DNA of 64,000 nucleotides, taken from contig JAMCTH010000009.1 in NCBI GenBank assembly GCA_023379025.1, positions 69,092 through 133,091 of the forward strand, in the 5' to 3' direction. Under the pieces are notes generated by a model, which did no database searches, was not told the DNA's origin, and was given only the letters and a program-made list of their open reading frames with translations. Both the position numbers and the translations under genes were made by a program. This DNA is from Patescibacteria group bacterium. Lineage in GTDB: Bacteria; Patescibacteriota; Microgenomatia; UBA10105; UBA927. Positions 31,471 through 41,907 of the stretch are shown piece after piece (the first letter of the stretch is position 1; every line of letters starts with the position of its first letter).

Positions 31471-32658
31471 TTACCTTTTATTCACTCGGTGGCGCGCTAT
31501 GCGGTAGCTGTCATCAAATAATTCGTAATAATCGCCGTAGATATATTTTTGTCCGTATACCGCAGTTCCGAGCGGCTCAAGTATATCCAGACGCATAAGG
31601 CGTTCGATCACGTTATATGCGCCCGGCGCCGTAAAACCTGTCCATTTCATAATTTCCGCGACTCCCACAATCGGCTGGCCAAACAGTTTCCGAACGAGCC
31701 CTAAGGTTAATGCTGCAGATTTTTTGCCGAGCATTTGCATTTTTGCAAAATCGCGGTCACGAAGTGCTGTAATCCGGGCACAGGTTTCTATAGACGATTC
31801 CGCTGTTTCCGCAACCCCATCCAAAAAAAACTCCAACCATCCGTCAACATCAGATTCGTCATCGTGATATGTTTGCAACTTCTCATAATAAAGCTTGCGG
31901 TACTTTTTAAAGTAACCCGACAGATAGAGAACCGGCAATTCCAAAAGCTTCGCATGCTGCATGTACATCGCGACCAGCATACGGCCCGTACGTCCGTTTC
32001 CGTCCGTGAACGGATGAATCGTCTCAAATTGTGCATGGATGAGTCCGGCTTTCACAAGCGACGGGTACTCATCTTCGGCATGCATAAACAATTCCAAGTC
32101 TTGAAGACTTGCGACCATATCTTCTGGCGCAGGCGGCACAAAAGATGCATCCATCGGCGTCTTGCCTCCGATCCAATTTTGACTCCTCCGGAATTCACCC
32201 GGGTACGCATGCTGCGTTGCCCGTGCGCCAGTCATGAGTTTCTTATGCAGCTCCCGGATCAAACGAAGAGAAATCGGTAATATTTCCGATCTCTTCATAC
32301 CGTAATTCATTGCCTCCACGTAGTGGATAATGTCATCCACGTCCGGCTCCAAACGCGATTTTTCTTCGGTCACTGGCGCTGCCACGGCATCTTGCAGTGT
32401 TGCTCTAGTCCCTTCGATTTGGCTGGAATAGGTAGCGTCTTTTTTGACAAACATCAAAAGAAAAAAATCTTTGTCCGGCAGTAACCGGGTGATGCCGTCC
32501 AGCTTGCCGACCAAACGGATCGCACGTTCATGTTTTTTATGGAGGAACGCTCGTATAGGGAATCCGCTCTTCGGTGGGAACGGGAAGGGCGTAAACGACG
32601 AGTATCCGTCTTTCTGTGCTATATACCGACCAATGCGTGGTTTGTTTATATTGCTCAT
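31471..32658 (-). CDS. Fic-family protein
   Basis: SSQIEGT and HPFTDGNGRTGR motifs; C-terminal HTH-like region. Confidence 0.93.
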   Translation of the reverse strand: MSNINKPRIGRYIAQKDGYSSFTPFPFPPKSGFPIRAFLHKKHERAIRLVGKLDGITRLLPDKDFFLLMFVKKDATYSSQIEGTRATLQDAVAAPVTEEKSRLEPDVDDIIHYVEAMNYGMKRSEILPISLRLIRELHKKLMTGARATQHAYPGEFRRSQNWIGGKTPMDASFVPPAPEDMVASLQDLELFMHAEDEYPSLVKAGLIHAQFETIHPFTDGNGRTGRMLVAMYMQHAKLLELPVLYLSGYFKKYRKLYYEKLQTYHDDESDVDGWLEFFLDGVAETAESSIETCARITALRDRDFAKMQMLGKKSAALTLGLVRKLFGQPIVGVAEIMKWTGFTAPGAYNVIERLMRLDILEPLGTAVYGQKYIYGDYYELFDDSYRIARHRVNKR

Positions 32659-33077
32659 ACGAATATAAACATATTATACTATTTTGTTTATATTTGCAAC
32701 ACCAATGTAAACGAACCGTGTAACCCTTTTCTATCCCCGGAGTGGGGAAAAATAGTTTCTGACACATGTAATTGCACCGTCCGGAACATATTTCCGCGAC
32801 CATCCCTCTTCACTCAATTTTGTCAATTTATCGTGAATTTGGCTAAAAAATCGGCGGTATTCACGTTATTTCATCGTCATTGCGCCGTAGACCAATCCTA
32901 TGGGAATCACAAAGATGCAGAGGGGGCTACCGGTCCGCCCACGATAAACCCGACTGCTACGATTCCGTCCCATCAACCCTCTCTCCCCCGTTGACAAAAC
33001 GCGCGCAGAAATCCCGATGCTTCAGATCACTGTTTGCACCGAAAGCACCCGGAGTGGAAGAGTGGAAAACGAAACGA

Positions 33078-33847
33078 TGTCAGAAACAAACACCATCACC
33101 CGCAAACTCGTCCGGATCCGCAAGACCATCGGACACCTCCGCATACCGCCTGCATCGTTTTATGTCATCGCCTGCAGTCACCAAACGCTCCGCATCCTGG
33201 AGCGCACCGGTGATACCACGAAACTCCACACCCATGTGCTCCGTCATATGGCGGCGCCGGAACAGATTACACGTCTCGTCCGTTCGGCCATTGCCGGAAC
33301 CGACACAAAACCCCTCGCCGCGGCCTATGCCGGACCGCGCTCCGGATTGTTCCATACGGTTGCGTCCCTCTTGTGGTTTGGGGATGACGTCATTCCGGCC
33401 GTCATCTTCCCCGAACACAAAGGTCGAGGGAACGGACACGCCCTTCAGGAACTGGTCCCGGACGGCCCGGATGTTTTCCGATACCCACGACCTCCTTCAG
33501 ACGCTTTCGCCCGACAACGAAGTAGCGGTCCGGCCGCTCGTGACCATCGGGGGCTATCGCGACACTACTTCGGAGGACGGCATGAGTACGCTTCTAAACC
33601 TCGCTTCCCGCGTCAAAAAGATACGCATACTCTTCATCAGTGCAACTCCTCGGTGAGGCGGGGTTGCCCTCATGCGGCATGCCCTCATCCCCAAGCAGGA
33701 AATTTTGAAATCACCAAAACCAAATTCTTCAACGTCCTCCAGGGAATAAACGGTCCTGACATCGTCCTCACCTCCGGGGAGAAAAACTGTATGAAGCATG
33801 GATCGGGGATAATCTCCGCCTTCTGGCGCCGGCCAGGCACGCGTTAG
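33078..33847 (+). pseudogene. Degraded or frameshifted hypothetical gene
   Basis: Protein-like sequence appears to switch frame near 33460 (…VKKIRILFISAT in another frame); no recognised family. Confidence 0.3.
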
Positions 33848-34274
33848 GAAGGGCGAGTGCGCGTGTGGCTACAATGGAAGGCATATCCCCTTCCCGTCCC
33901 GGGTATCTGTCGAGGATCTGCGTGAACCGATCGGAAAATGCCGCGTCACTGAACGCGCCGCCGTGACAGATGACCGCCGTGTCTCCCGGCGGCAGGCCAA
34001 ATGCATGGAAGAGTCCCCGGGCGGCAACGGCAGTCACAAGCACCGCAGTGTCCATGAGCTGTTGTGCGTCACGGTCACCGCCCCTCGCCCGAGCGGCTTT
34101 CAGGGCTGTCCCGCCGATATCCACTGCCCAGACCAAACGCGCTCCCACTCCGCGCGCGTCAGACGGAAACAGGTCCTGCATCCGTCCGACACACTCTGCC
34201 GGAAGCGATTCCTGGATAAACAAGCGTGCCGCGTACGCAACTCGTTCTGCTACGGGAACATCTGTATGAAACAT
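33768..34274 (-). pseudogene. ROK/hexokinase-like sugar kinase remnant with internal deletion
   Basis: AVDIGGTALKAA immediately followed by C-lobe-like ARGGDRDA...ICHGGAF. Confidence 0.45.
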
Positions 34275-34442
34275 GACACAATTTCTTTGTATTGCGTCTC
34301 TTTCCTATGTCACGGTAATTCTGTTCGCCAGACGGACCGGCCCCCGCACCGAATACGCAGCGGATGTTTTCGTTCCCGGAATGCCAATCCTCCCGCGGTC
34401 GTTCGGGCAGGAGTTTCGTCTTCTGCCGGTGCAATCCGGGCA

Positions 34443-34643
34443 TTATTTCCTCTTTTTCGAAAACTGATACGCTACGTAACTCAGGTACCACAGGAATAAA
34501 CCGGCAACAAAGCTGAGCCACGCCGGGACGCTCCATGTATCATATATCAGTACATATCCCGTAAAAATACGGATAATGTGCAGGAGCCCTACAACGCAGA
34601 ATATCACGCTGGTCAGCTGAAAAAAGGTTTTGGCAGAAAGCAT
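34443..34643 (-). CDS. Small two-TM membrane protein
   Basis: MLSAKTFF...LHIIRIF...VPAWLS; SD AGGAGGTGA. Confidence 0.75.
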   Translation of the reverse strand: MLSAKTFFQLTSVIFCVVGLLHIIRIFTGYVLIYDTWSVPAWLSFVAGLFLWYLSYVAYQFSKKRK

Positions 34644-34684
34644 ACGGTTCACCTCCTTTCTGACAGGCGCTTGGAAACGTCCTC

Positions 34685-34852
34685 CTAAATCCCGACAAAA
34701 ACTGCCGGATTTAAGATAAACAGACAAAACAGCGTCATTACCCCGATGAGACCCCATGCGATAAACGGATTCACCTCCCGGTGCCAGACGGACTGTTTGC
34801 GCGGTGCGTGCCGCAGCGCATGGGCGTGCTTTTTCTTCTCTTTCTTTTTCAC
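34685..34852 (-). CDS. 55-aa small protein, basic N-terminus plus one TM
   Basis: GTG start after GGGAGGTGAG; MKKKEKKKHAHALRHAPRKQSVWHREVNPFIAWGLIGVMTLFCLFILNPAVFVGI. Confidence 0.6.
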   Translation of the reverse strand: MKKKEKKKHAHALRHAPRKQSVWHREVNPFIAWGLIGVMTLFCLFILNPAVFVGI

Positions 34853-34931
34853 GGGCAGCTCACCTCCCTTTAACGGTACCTCTTCTATCGAACCACTCAG
34901 GACCCCCGCCTGTCAACCGTACCGCCTTTAC

Positions 34932-35144
34932 TCATACGGTAATACTGCGCGGCGCGTCCTCAGCGACCCGGCCGCCGGCCGCATCATCAATGAAAACGCT
35001 CTCGCTAAAACCGAGTCGCGTTGCGATGTTCTGACGCGTCTTGCCGGAAAAACGTTTATCCGCGTCAGACACGATCCCTACCGGATTGCCAAAGTTTCCT
35101 CCCGGGTCGGTAAACACACGCAGAATCGTAAGCAGGACACGCAT
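34932..35144 (-). pseudogene. PhzF-family remnant with internal deletion
   Basis: LRVFTD..GNFGNPVGIV...GFSESVF then directly GGRVAED; only 70 aa. Confidence 0.7.
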
Positions 35145-35219
35145 ACTTCTTCCATCATATCAAATACGACGTTTCTTTCCCTCCCCACCTTTTCTTGACG
35201 GATACCGTACAATGAGAGC

Positions 35220-35729
35220 ATGGAACCTATCCTGGGAATCGTCCTTCGCTCGGTGGCGGTCTACATTTTCATCGTCCTCGCAATCCGGTTTTTCGGAAAA
35301 AAGGAAATCGCGCAGCTGTCGGTTGTCGACCTGGTCTTCATCCTCCTTATCAGCAACTCAGTCCAGAACGCCATGGTCGGCGACAACAGCACGCTCCTCG
35401 GGGGCTTAGTTGCCGCGACCGCCCTTTTCCTCATCAACGCCCTCTTCAAAATCCTCCTGTTCCGGTCCAAAAAACTCAACGAGTTCATCCAGGGATCACC
35501 GCTAATGCTTATTTACCGGGGACGGGTTATGGTCCGGCACCTCAAAGAAGCGCAAATTTCTATGGACGAGCTTGAAGCGGCGGTCCGCGAGCACGGCGCG
35601 GCAAAAATCAGCGATGTGGACCTTGCCGTCCTTGAAGTCGACGGCAATATCAGCGTCCTTTCAGAAAACTTCCGCAGGGAAACCGTCCGCCGCAGACGCG
35701 CCCACAAAGTCATAGCAAAAAACCAGTAA
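35220..35729 (+). CDS. DUF421/YetF family membrane protein
   Basis: GKKEIAQLSVVD, LAVLEVDGNISV. Confidence 0.9.
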   Translation: MEPILGIVLRSVAVYIFIVLAIRFFGKKEIAQLSVVDLVFILLISNSVQNAMVGDNSTLLGGLVAATALFLINALFKILLFRSKKLNEFIQGSPLMLIYRGRVMVRHLKEAQISMDELEAAVREHGAAKISDVDLAVLEVDGNISVLSENFRRETVRRRRAHKVIAKNQ

Positions 35730-35745
35730 TATCTGCTGCCCGGGC

Positions 35746-36481
35746 ATGGTGAAGCCAGAACTCGGATTTATCGGCTGCGGACGGCATGCCGCCATGTGCA
35801 TCTATCCCTCTCTTGAAGCTCTCGGTATCAAACTCTCAGCGGTTTGCGCACTCCATAAAGACCATGCGGATGCGGTCGCACGGAAATATGATATCCCCCA
35901 TAGTTATGATACGTACCGGGAAATGCTCGGCAAAGAAAAGCCTGACGCCGTCTTTGTTGCTGCCGGAGAAAACGCGCATATAAAAATCGTTGCCGACATG
36001 CTCTCCGCGGGTGTTCATGTCTTTGTGGAAAAACCACTTGGCTTAACTGTTGCGGATGCCAAGCGTATTGCCCTCTTATCACAAAAAACCGGCAAACACA
36101 TACAGGTTGGGTTTATGAAACGCTTCTCACCGATCTACCAAAAAGCCAAACGCCTTATGGGTGACAAGACGCGCTTCGGTTCGCCGGTTTGCCTCCACGG
36201 GATATTCACCTGCCGGAACTTCGGTTTCGGAACGGATGACCGAAAATTTCTCCTAAACGCCGCGGTGGCAGATCATTGAAGAAGAGGAAACGCACATGAG
36301 TTCCGTGGATTCGACAAGCTCCGGCGGACTCCAACCGCTCTACCTTACCGGATTTGTCGGGGAACTTCGGGAATTTGTAGCCTCTGTCGGCAATAACACC
36401 TGGAGGGAAAATTCAGCGGAGGAAAACGTCAAAACCATGAAACTCTGCGAAAAACTTCTGTCTTCCCTTGAAGCGGTCTAA
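35746..36481 (+). pseudogene. Gfo/Idh/MocA oxidoreductase split into N-terminal (35746-36279) and C-terminal (36296-36481) fragments
   Basis: GFIGCG, VFVEKP, VGFMKRF; early stop; GFVGELREF tail fragment. Confidence 0.7.
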
Positions 36482-36483
36482 TG

Positions 36484-36951
36484 TCAGAGGATGCTCCGGA
36501 TAACGCGTTTGGTATTTTCAAACATCCGAAGGCGAAGCGCTTCGTCTTTGGTAAACCACCCGATGCCTTCGGCTTCACCGGGAGCATGCCGGACCATCTG
36601 CTCCGGCAACGCGACACGGTAATTGAGATCCAGATGAAAATGCGCGGGTTCCGTACCCACACGGGGAATTGCCTGTTCCATAAAAAAATCCGGCAACGGA
36701 AGATATGACGCAACAGCATCTATCTGCTCAAGCCGGGGCAGAAGTGAACGTATGTCCAGTCCCGTCTCTTCCTTCGCCTCGCGCGCAGCCGCTTCGACCG
36801 GGTTTTCCCAGGACTCTATATGGCCGCCGGGCTGCATCCACGTGCCGAGTTTTTTGTGATGAATGAGAAGGATTTTTTTGGAAGCGCCATCCGTGACCAT
36901 CCACACGGAAACGGTAAAATGTTTATCCCCTTCATGGGCCGCTTTTCTCAT
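36484..36951 (-). CDS. NUDIX hydrolase
   Basis: PGGHIESWENPVEAAAREAKEETG Nudix box. Confidence 0.92.
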   Translation of the reverse strand: MRKAAHEGDKHFTVSVWMVTDGASKKILLIHHKKLGTWMQPGGHIESWENPVEAAAREAKEETGLDIRSLLPRLEQIDAVASYLPLPDFFMEQAIPRVGTEPAHFHLDLNYRVALPEQMVRHAPGEAEGIGWFTKDEALRLRMFENTKRVIRSIL

Positions 36952-37027
36952 ACATACCCCTATAATCAATCACAGAGACTCCATGATGTAACCAATGCCG
37001 TATCCAATACCGTAGGACTTCCTCATG

Positions 37028-37525
37028 TTACCGTCTGGAGGTGCCTTCCGCGGACTGATGTCCAGCCAAGGCGAGTTGTGTCAAAAACGATCCTATTACT
37101 CTGATGTTCAACAGGGGTAATGTCGGCTTGGGGAGGATTATGTCCTTCTGTTTTGCCGCCGCATGGAATTCCAAAGCCTGTTTTGTACGCAGTGCTGCAA
37201 GTTCTAACTGCGCTCTCATGAGATCCGGGTATTTGCTGTCAACCCAGGTGGAACGCATCAGCATGCCGCTTGCAACCGCAGGCAACGCCTCAACACCCAG
37301 TGTTTCAATAAAATCTGCAACGTCATTCGGAGAAGGACCATGCTCAGGGGTAACATGTTTTACAGCGAATACTGTTACCTGATCATCGATATGCCGGGGC
37401 AATGGTCTTGCGGGATACATCAAATCAACCGGGCTCGGATTTGGTTCTTGAACTGCCGGATAGGCAACCATTTCGGCCAGCGCTAATATTGAATTTCTCG
37501 CACCTTCCGTCTCAAGCGGATCCAT
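37028..37525 (-). CDS. Hypothetical protein
   Basis: 165-aa ORF filling an intergenic gap; -10-like TAGCAT before ATG. Confidence 0.55.
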   Translation of the reverse strand: MDPLETEGARNSILALAEMVAYPAVQEPNPSPVDLMYPARPLPRHIDDQVTVFAVKHVTPEHGPSPNDVADFIETLGVEALPAVASGMLMRSTWVDSKYPDLMRAQLELAALRTKQALEFHAAAKQKDIILPKPTLPLLNIRVIGSFLTQLALAGHQSAEGTSRR

Positions 37526-37754
37526 AGTTTTTATGCTACCGGGTTTCCCTACTCAATGCAAATACTGACTCGAAAAAAGCATTTTGCTCATCAGGGCAGA
37601 ATGATATACCCCATTTCCCATCTTATCAGCCGGCGGGAAACAAGCATACGTTCGGGGAGTGGTAATGCGGATTACCGATGCGCGAAGATGGGTATGGTAC
37701 ACTGATGAATATCATCCGTTTTTCCGTGTATCCTGTTGCAGGATACACAATCAT

Positions 37755-38981
37755 ATGGGACCTATTGCGTCTGTTTTCAGAAAAATCTCTGCCTTTCCCC
37801 GCGCGGTGAAGCTCAGTATCATCGTGATCCTTCTTATCGTCGGAGGATTTGCTGTCTATCGCGTTCGTTCATCCGGCGGTACAAACGGCTATATCATGGA
37901 GCCGGTCAAACGCGGAACGGTCGTTGAAGTTGTCAACGATTCCGGAACGATTGTTTCGGGTGGATATGTAGATATTGCATCCCCAAGCGATGGGATCATC
38001 GATGCCATCTATGTTCAGAACGGACAACCGGTCAAACCCGGAGACAAACTCTTTACCGTCATAAGCAGCGCGACAAAAGAGGAACAGGAATCGGCATATT
38101 CCACATATCTCGCCGCCGTATCCGCGCTCAAAGCATCTCAGGGGACGGCACACTCACTGCGCTCGGCCATGTATACCAAATGGAAAACGTATTTTGACCT
38201 TGCGACAAACGATACATACGAAAAAAGTAATGGTGTTCCTGATGAAACCAACAGAAACGCCGCGGAATTTCAATCCGCCAAAGAAACCTGGCTCGGGGCG
38301 GAGCAGCAGGTGATCAATCAGGATGCAGTCGTTTCTGCCAATCAGGCGGCTGTCACGGCTGCATGGACTGCCTACCAGGCGACACAAACGACAACGGTCA
38401 CGGCCGAGATTCCGGGTATCGTCGAAAACCTCGCTGTTGCCTCCGGCAGTGCCGTACAGGCGGTAACGGCTCTCAATCCGAACGTTCTGCCGGTCCTCAT
38501 GATCAGCTCCGGCGGCACACCGGAAACCGACCTTGCCGTAAGCCAGACGAATATCGCGGGGGTCAAACCCGGACAAAAAGCCGTCATCTATCCGGACGCG
38601 TATACGGACCGGAATTTCCCGGGCACGGTCGCCCGGGTGGATACGGTCGGACATACCACCGCCGGTGTCGTGAGCTACAACGTCTATATCCGGATGAATG
38701 ATTCCCGGGGCCTTCTCAAACCCGGTATGACGGTAGACGGGGACATCATGACAAACGAAAAAAAGAACGTGCTCACGGTCCCCAATTCTGCGGTCGTCCT
38801 CTACAAAAACGGGAAAGCGGTCCGCGTGCTCGCGGGCGGCACCATGACCTACATCCCCGTTGAGACCGGCATCAAAGGGGAAACCACGACGGAAATTGTC
38901 CGGGGTCTTCGTGAAGGCCAACAGGTTATCACCGCACTGACGAACGAAAAAGTAGAGCGCAAGGGCCTTCTGGGATTATGA
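37755..38981 (+). CDS. MacA-like efflux membrane fusion/adaptor protein
   Basis: TM anchor, lipoyl halves (VQNGQPVKPGD), LKPGMT, VPNSAV. Confidence 0.88.
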   Translation: MGPIASVFRKISAFPRAVKLSIIVILLIVGGFAVYRVRSSGGTNGYIMEPVKRGTVVEVVNDSGTIVSGGYVDIASPSDGIIDAIYVQNGQPVKPGDKLFTVISSATKEEQESAYSTYLAAVSALKASQGTAHSLRSAMYTKWKTYFDLATNDTYEKSNGVPDETNRNAAEFQSAKETWLGAEQQVINQDAVVSANQAAVTAAWTAYQATQTTTVTAEIPGIVENLAVASGSAVQAVTALNPNVLPVLMISSGGTPETDLAVSQTNIAGVKPGQKAVIYPDAYTDRNFPGTVARVDTVGHTTAGVVSYNVYIRMNDSRGLLKPGMTVDGDIMTNEKKNVLTVPNSAVVLYKNGKAVRVLAGGTMTYIPVETGIKGETTTEIVRGLREGQQVITALTNEKVERKGLLGL

Positions 38982-39676
38982 CACGGGGAGACGTTCTCAT
39001 AGAGCTTATCGGCGTCACCAAGAGCTATCCCATTGACGACGGCAAGTCATACCAGGCAATCCGGGGCATTTCCCTGAAAATCAGGAAGGGTGAATTTGTT
39101 TCCGTTATGGGTCCGTCCGGCTCCGGCAAATCCACCCTCATGCATATCCTTGGGGCGCTCGATACCGTCACGACGGGTACCTATACGTTCCAGGGGAAAG
39201 AAATTTCCCGCTACAGTCCCGATGAAATAGCCAGAATCCGAAATAAAGAAATCGGGTTTGTGTTTCAGTCGTTTAACCTCCTTCCCCGCACGACCGTTTT
39301 CAAAAACGTGGAACGCCCCATGATATACGGCGGTGTCCCGAGGCAGGAACGGAAAACCCGGGCTATGGATGCGCTCCGGGTGGTCGGGATCGCCGGCAAA
39401 GCGGATAACCTGTCCAACAAAATCTCGGGAGGAGAAGCGCAGCGCGTCGCGATAGCCCGCGCACTCATCATGAACCCCTCGGTCATCCTGACAGACGAAC
39501 CTACCGGCAACCTCGACTCGGCAACTTCCCGCGACATCATGCATCTTCTCACCGCGCTCCACGAAAAAGGCAGTACGGTCGTCGTCATCACCCATGACCC
39601 GACCGTTGCGGCCTACGCTCACCGGAGAATCCGCATCGTCGACGGCAAAATCATAGAAGACAAAACATCACGCTAA
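38978..39676 (+). CDS. ABC transporter ATP-binding protein (MacB/LolD family)
   Basis: GPSGSGKST, GFVFQSFNL, ISGGE, DEPTGNLD. Confidence 0.95.
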   Translation: MTRGDVLIELIGVTKSYPIDDGKSYQAIRGISLKIRKGEFVSVMGPSGSGKSTLMHILGALDTVTTGTYTFQGKEISRYSPDEIARIRNKEIGFVFQSFNLLPRTTVFKNVERPMIYGGVPRQERKTRAMDALRVVGIAGKADNLSNKISGGEAQRVAIARALIMNPSVILTDEPTGNLDSATSRDIMHLLTALHEKGSTVVVITHDPTVAAYAHRRIRIVDGKIIEDKTSR

Positions 39677-39677
39677 T

Positions 39678-40892
39678 ATGGACATACAGGAACTCATTCT
39701 CTCGGCAATCCAGGCTCTCCGCACCAATCTTTCGCGGACACTTCTCACGATGCTCGGGATTATCATCGGCATATCATCCGTTATCCTCATTTTTTCCATC
39801 GGTCAGGGAGCGGTTGCCTACGTCACACATGAGCTTTCCTCCTTCGGCACCAACTTTTTCCAGATCAATCCGGGCACGAGCGCCATCGGAAGTATTTCCG
39901 GAGGTGCCAATTCGCTGACGCTTGACGACGTCGACGCGATCAGGAACGATACCTCCCTCACCAACATCGAAAGTGTCGGCGCATTTGCCATGGTGTCGGC
40001 CGTCGTCTCGGCAAACGACACGGATAAAACACTGCTTATCTATGGTATGACGCCCGAAATCCTTGAGATGCTCAAGCCGGAACCGGTGGACGGCCGCTTT
40101 ATTACGGCGGATGATAACGAAAATATGCAGAGGGTCGCGGTGATCGGCGATAAAGTGACGGAGACTTTTTTCGGCAAAGACGCAGACCCGGTGGGACAAA
40201 AAATCAAAATCGACAAGCGGACGTTCAAAATCATCGGCATCGCGAGATCGGGATCGGTACTGTTCGGCAGCTTTTTTGACAATACCGTCTTTATCCCCTT
40301 GAACGTCGCGCTTCACGAAATCGAAGGAAACGTACGCATCAACGAAATCGACATCAGCGTCAAAGACACGAACCTCATCAATGACACCATGGAGAGCGTC
40401 ACCACACTTCTCCGGGACCGCCACAATCTGAAACCGACGGATGAAAACGATTTCATCATGTCAAGCGCCACCGATGCCATTTCAACCATTCAGACGATCA
40501 CAAACCTCCTGACCCTTATGGTTGCGGCAATTTCCGCGATCTCGCTCATCGTCGGCGGAGTCGGCGTCATGAACATCATGCTCGTGTCCGTGACGGAACG
40601 GACCCGGGAGATCGGCCTTCTCAAAGCTATCGGTGCTCTGGAGCGGGATATCCTCATGCAGTTTCTCATCGAATCCATGGTGATGACGGGGATAGGCGGT
40701 ATCCTCGGAATACTTCTCGGTATCACATTCGCGTTTGTGGTGACGCTTATCGTGGGCATTCCCCTCGTCATTGTCCCCGAAGCAATCGTCGCTGCGGTTC
40801 TCGTATCTATGACGGTTGGTGTAGTATTCGGTCTTTACCCTGCCCGGCGTGCTGCACGCCTTTCCCCGATCGATGCGTTGCGCTATGAATAG
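39678..40892 (+). CDS. ABC transporter permease (MacB/FtsX family)
   Basis: LTMLGIIIG, GVMNIMLVSVTERTREIG, PIDALRYE. Confidence 0.95.
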   Translation: MDIQELILSAIQALRTNLSRTLLTMLGIIIGISSVILIFSIGQGAVAYVTHELSSFGTNFFQINPGTSAIGSISGGANSLTLDDVDAIRNDTSLTNIESVGAFAMVSAVVSANDTDKTLLIYGMTPEILEMLKPEPVDGRFITADDNENMQRVAVIGDKVTETFFGKDADPVGQKIKIDKRTFKIIGIARSGSVLFGSFFDNTVFIPLNVALHEIEGNVRINEIDISVKDTNLINDTMESVTTLLRDRHNLKPTDENDFIMSSATDAISTIQTITNLLTLMVAAISAISLIVGGVGVMNIMLVSVTERTREIGLLKAIGALERDILMQFLIESMVMTGIGGILGILLGITFAFVVTLIVGIPLVIVPEAIVAAVLVSMTVGVVFGLYPARRAARLSPIDALRYE

Positions 40893-40915
40893 AAAAAATT
40901 CTCAAAAGGGGGCTA

Positions 40916-41338
40916 TCAGAGCATCTTCGCGTAGATGACAAAATCGCGCTTGAAGTAATGCAGGGGTAACTTCCCGGCTTCTTTGTACCCCAGTTGCTCG
41001 TAAAGCTGCCGGGCACCCCACGCTTCCCCGGTAAACAAATATACTTTATGAGCACCTAAGGATTTACCGAATTTTTCCGCTTCTGTCACGAGCAGTGTCC
41101 CCACCCCCTGGCGCCTCGCTCCTTTGGCAACGATCAGATTGTCGATGAAGAGCACTCCCCCGCCAAAACGGCCATCAATCTTTCCGACGATGGTACCATC
41201 CTTGGTTGCCTTAAAGAGAAAGGGTTTTTCAACCCACCGGATGGGTTTGCCGTAAAGCTCGAGATCGGCTTCACGCCATGCGCGCTCGCCGAATTTCCCA
41301 AGTTCCTTTTTCGTTGCTTTGGATATGACAATGCCCAT
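40916..41338 (-). CDS. GNAT N-acetyltransferase
   Basis: LIVAKGARRQGVG motif A; LYEQLGY. Confidence 0.88.
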   Translation of the reverse strand: MGIVISKATKKELGKFGERAWREADLELYGKPIRWVEKPFLFKATKDGTIVGKIDGRFGGGVLFIDNLIVAKGARRQGVGTLLVTEAEKFGKSLGAHKVYLFTGEAWGARQLYEQLGYKEAGKLPLHYFKRDFVIYAKML

Positions 41339-41399
41339 AGGCATGGTATAGCAAATCGGACACTCATGCCATAACAAAGGATGACGCGGAAAATGTGCT

Positions 41400-41645
41400 T
41401 CACAACACACCAGAAGCGTACAACACGTAATTCTGGATGCGCGTGCTGTACAGCAGCGCGTCTTCTGCCTGCGCTTCCCTGCCTTCCGTATCGAGATGAT
41501 CAATGGCGGCCACCATCTTCTGCATATACGGTGGAAGCGTGCTCATATCCACTTCCGCTTTCCGTTTTTTCGCTTCTTTCAAAAATATTTCAGCCGTGCG
41601 ATACGATTTCCCGTGCAACCCCAGCGCAACACGCTTTAAATCCAT
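41400..41645 (-). CDS. Hypothetical protein, possibly 5'-truncated by a TGA at codon 2
   Basis: In-frame upstream ATG TGA AAT AAA GAT ATT...GCG ATG. Confidence 0.55.
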   Translation of the reverse strand: MDLKRVALGLHGKSYRTAEIFLKEAKKRKAEVDMSTLPPYMQKMVAAIDHLDTEGREAQAEDALLYSTRIQNYVLYASGVL

Positions 41646-41907
41646 CGCAAGCGCCGACAGAATATCTTTATTTCACATAGATATTCCGGAAAAAATACCG
41701 GGACAGATCTTCAAAAATTTTCCTGCGCGGAGAGTCCTGTATTTCATTACCCGAATCTCCCTGAGCGGGGATAATCATGAAAGCATTATAGCAAAAGAAG
41801 CGCCTTCTGATCTCTCGCTCCCGGCCAAGAGACTGATCTTTCGTATATGTACTGCAGTCTATTTTCCCGACATCAGGAACAGTCGCAGCAGCTGCGTTTG
41901 TAACCGG

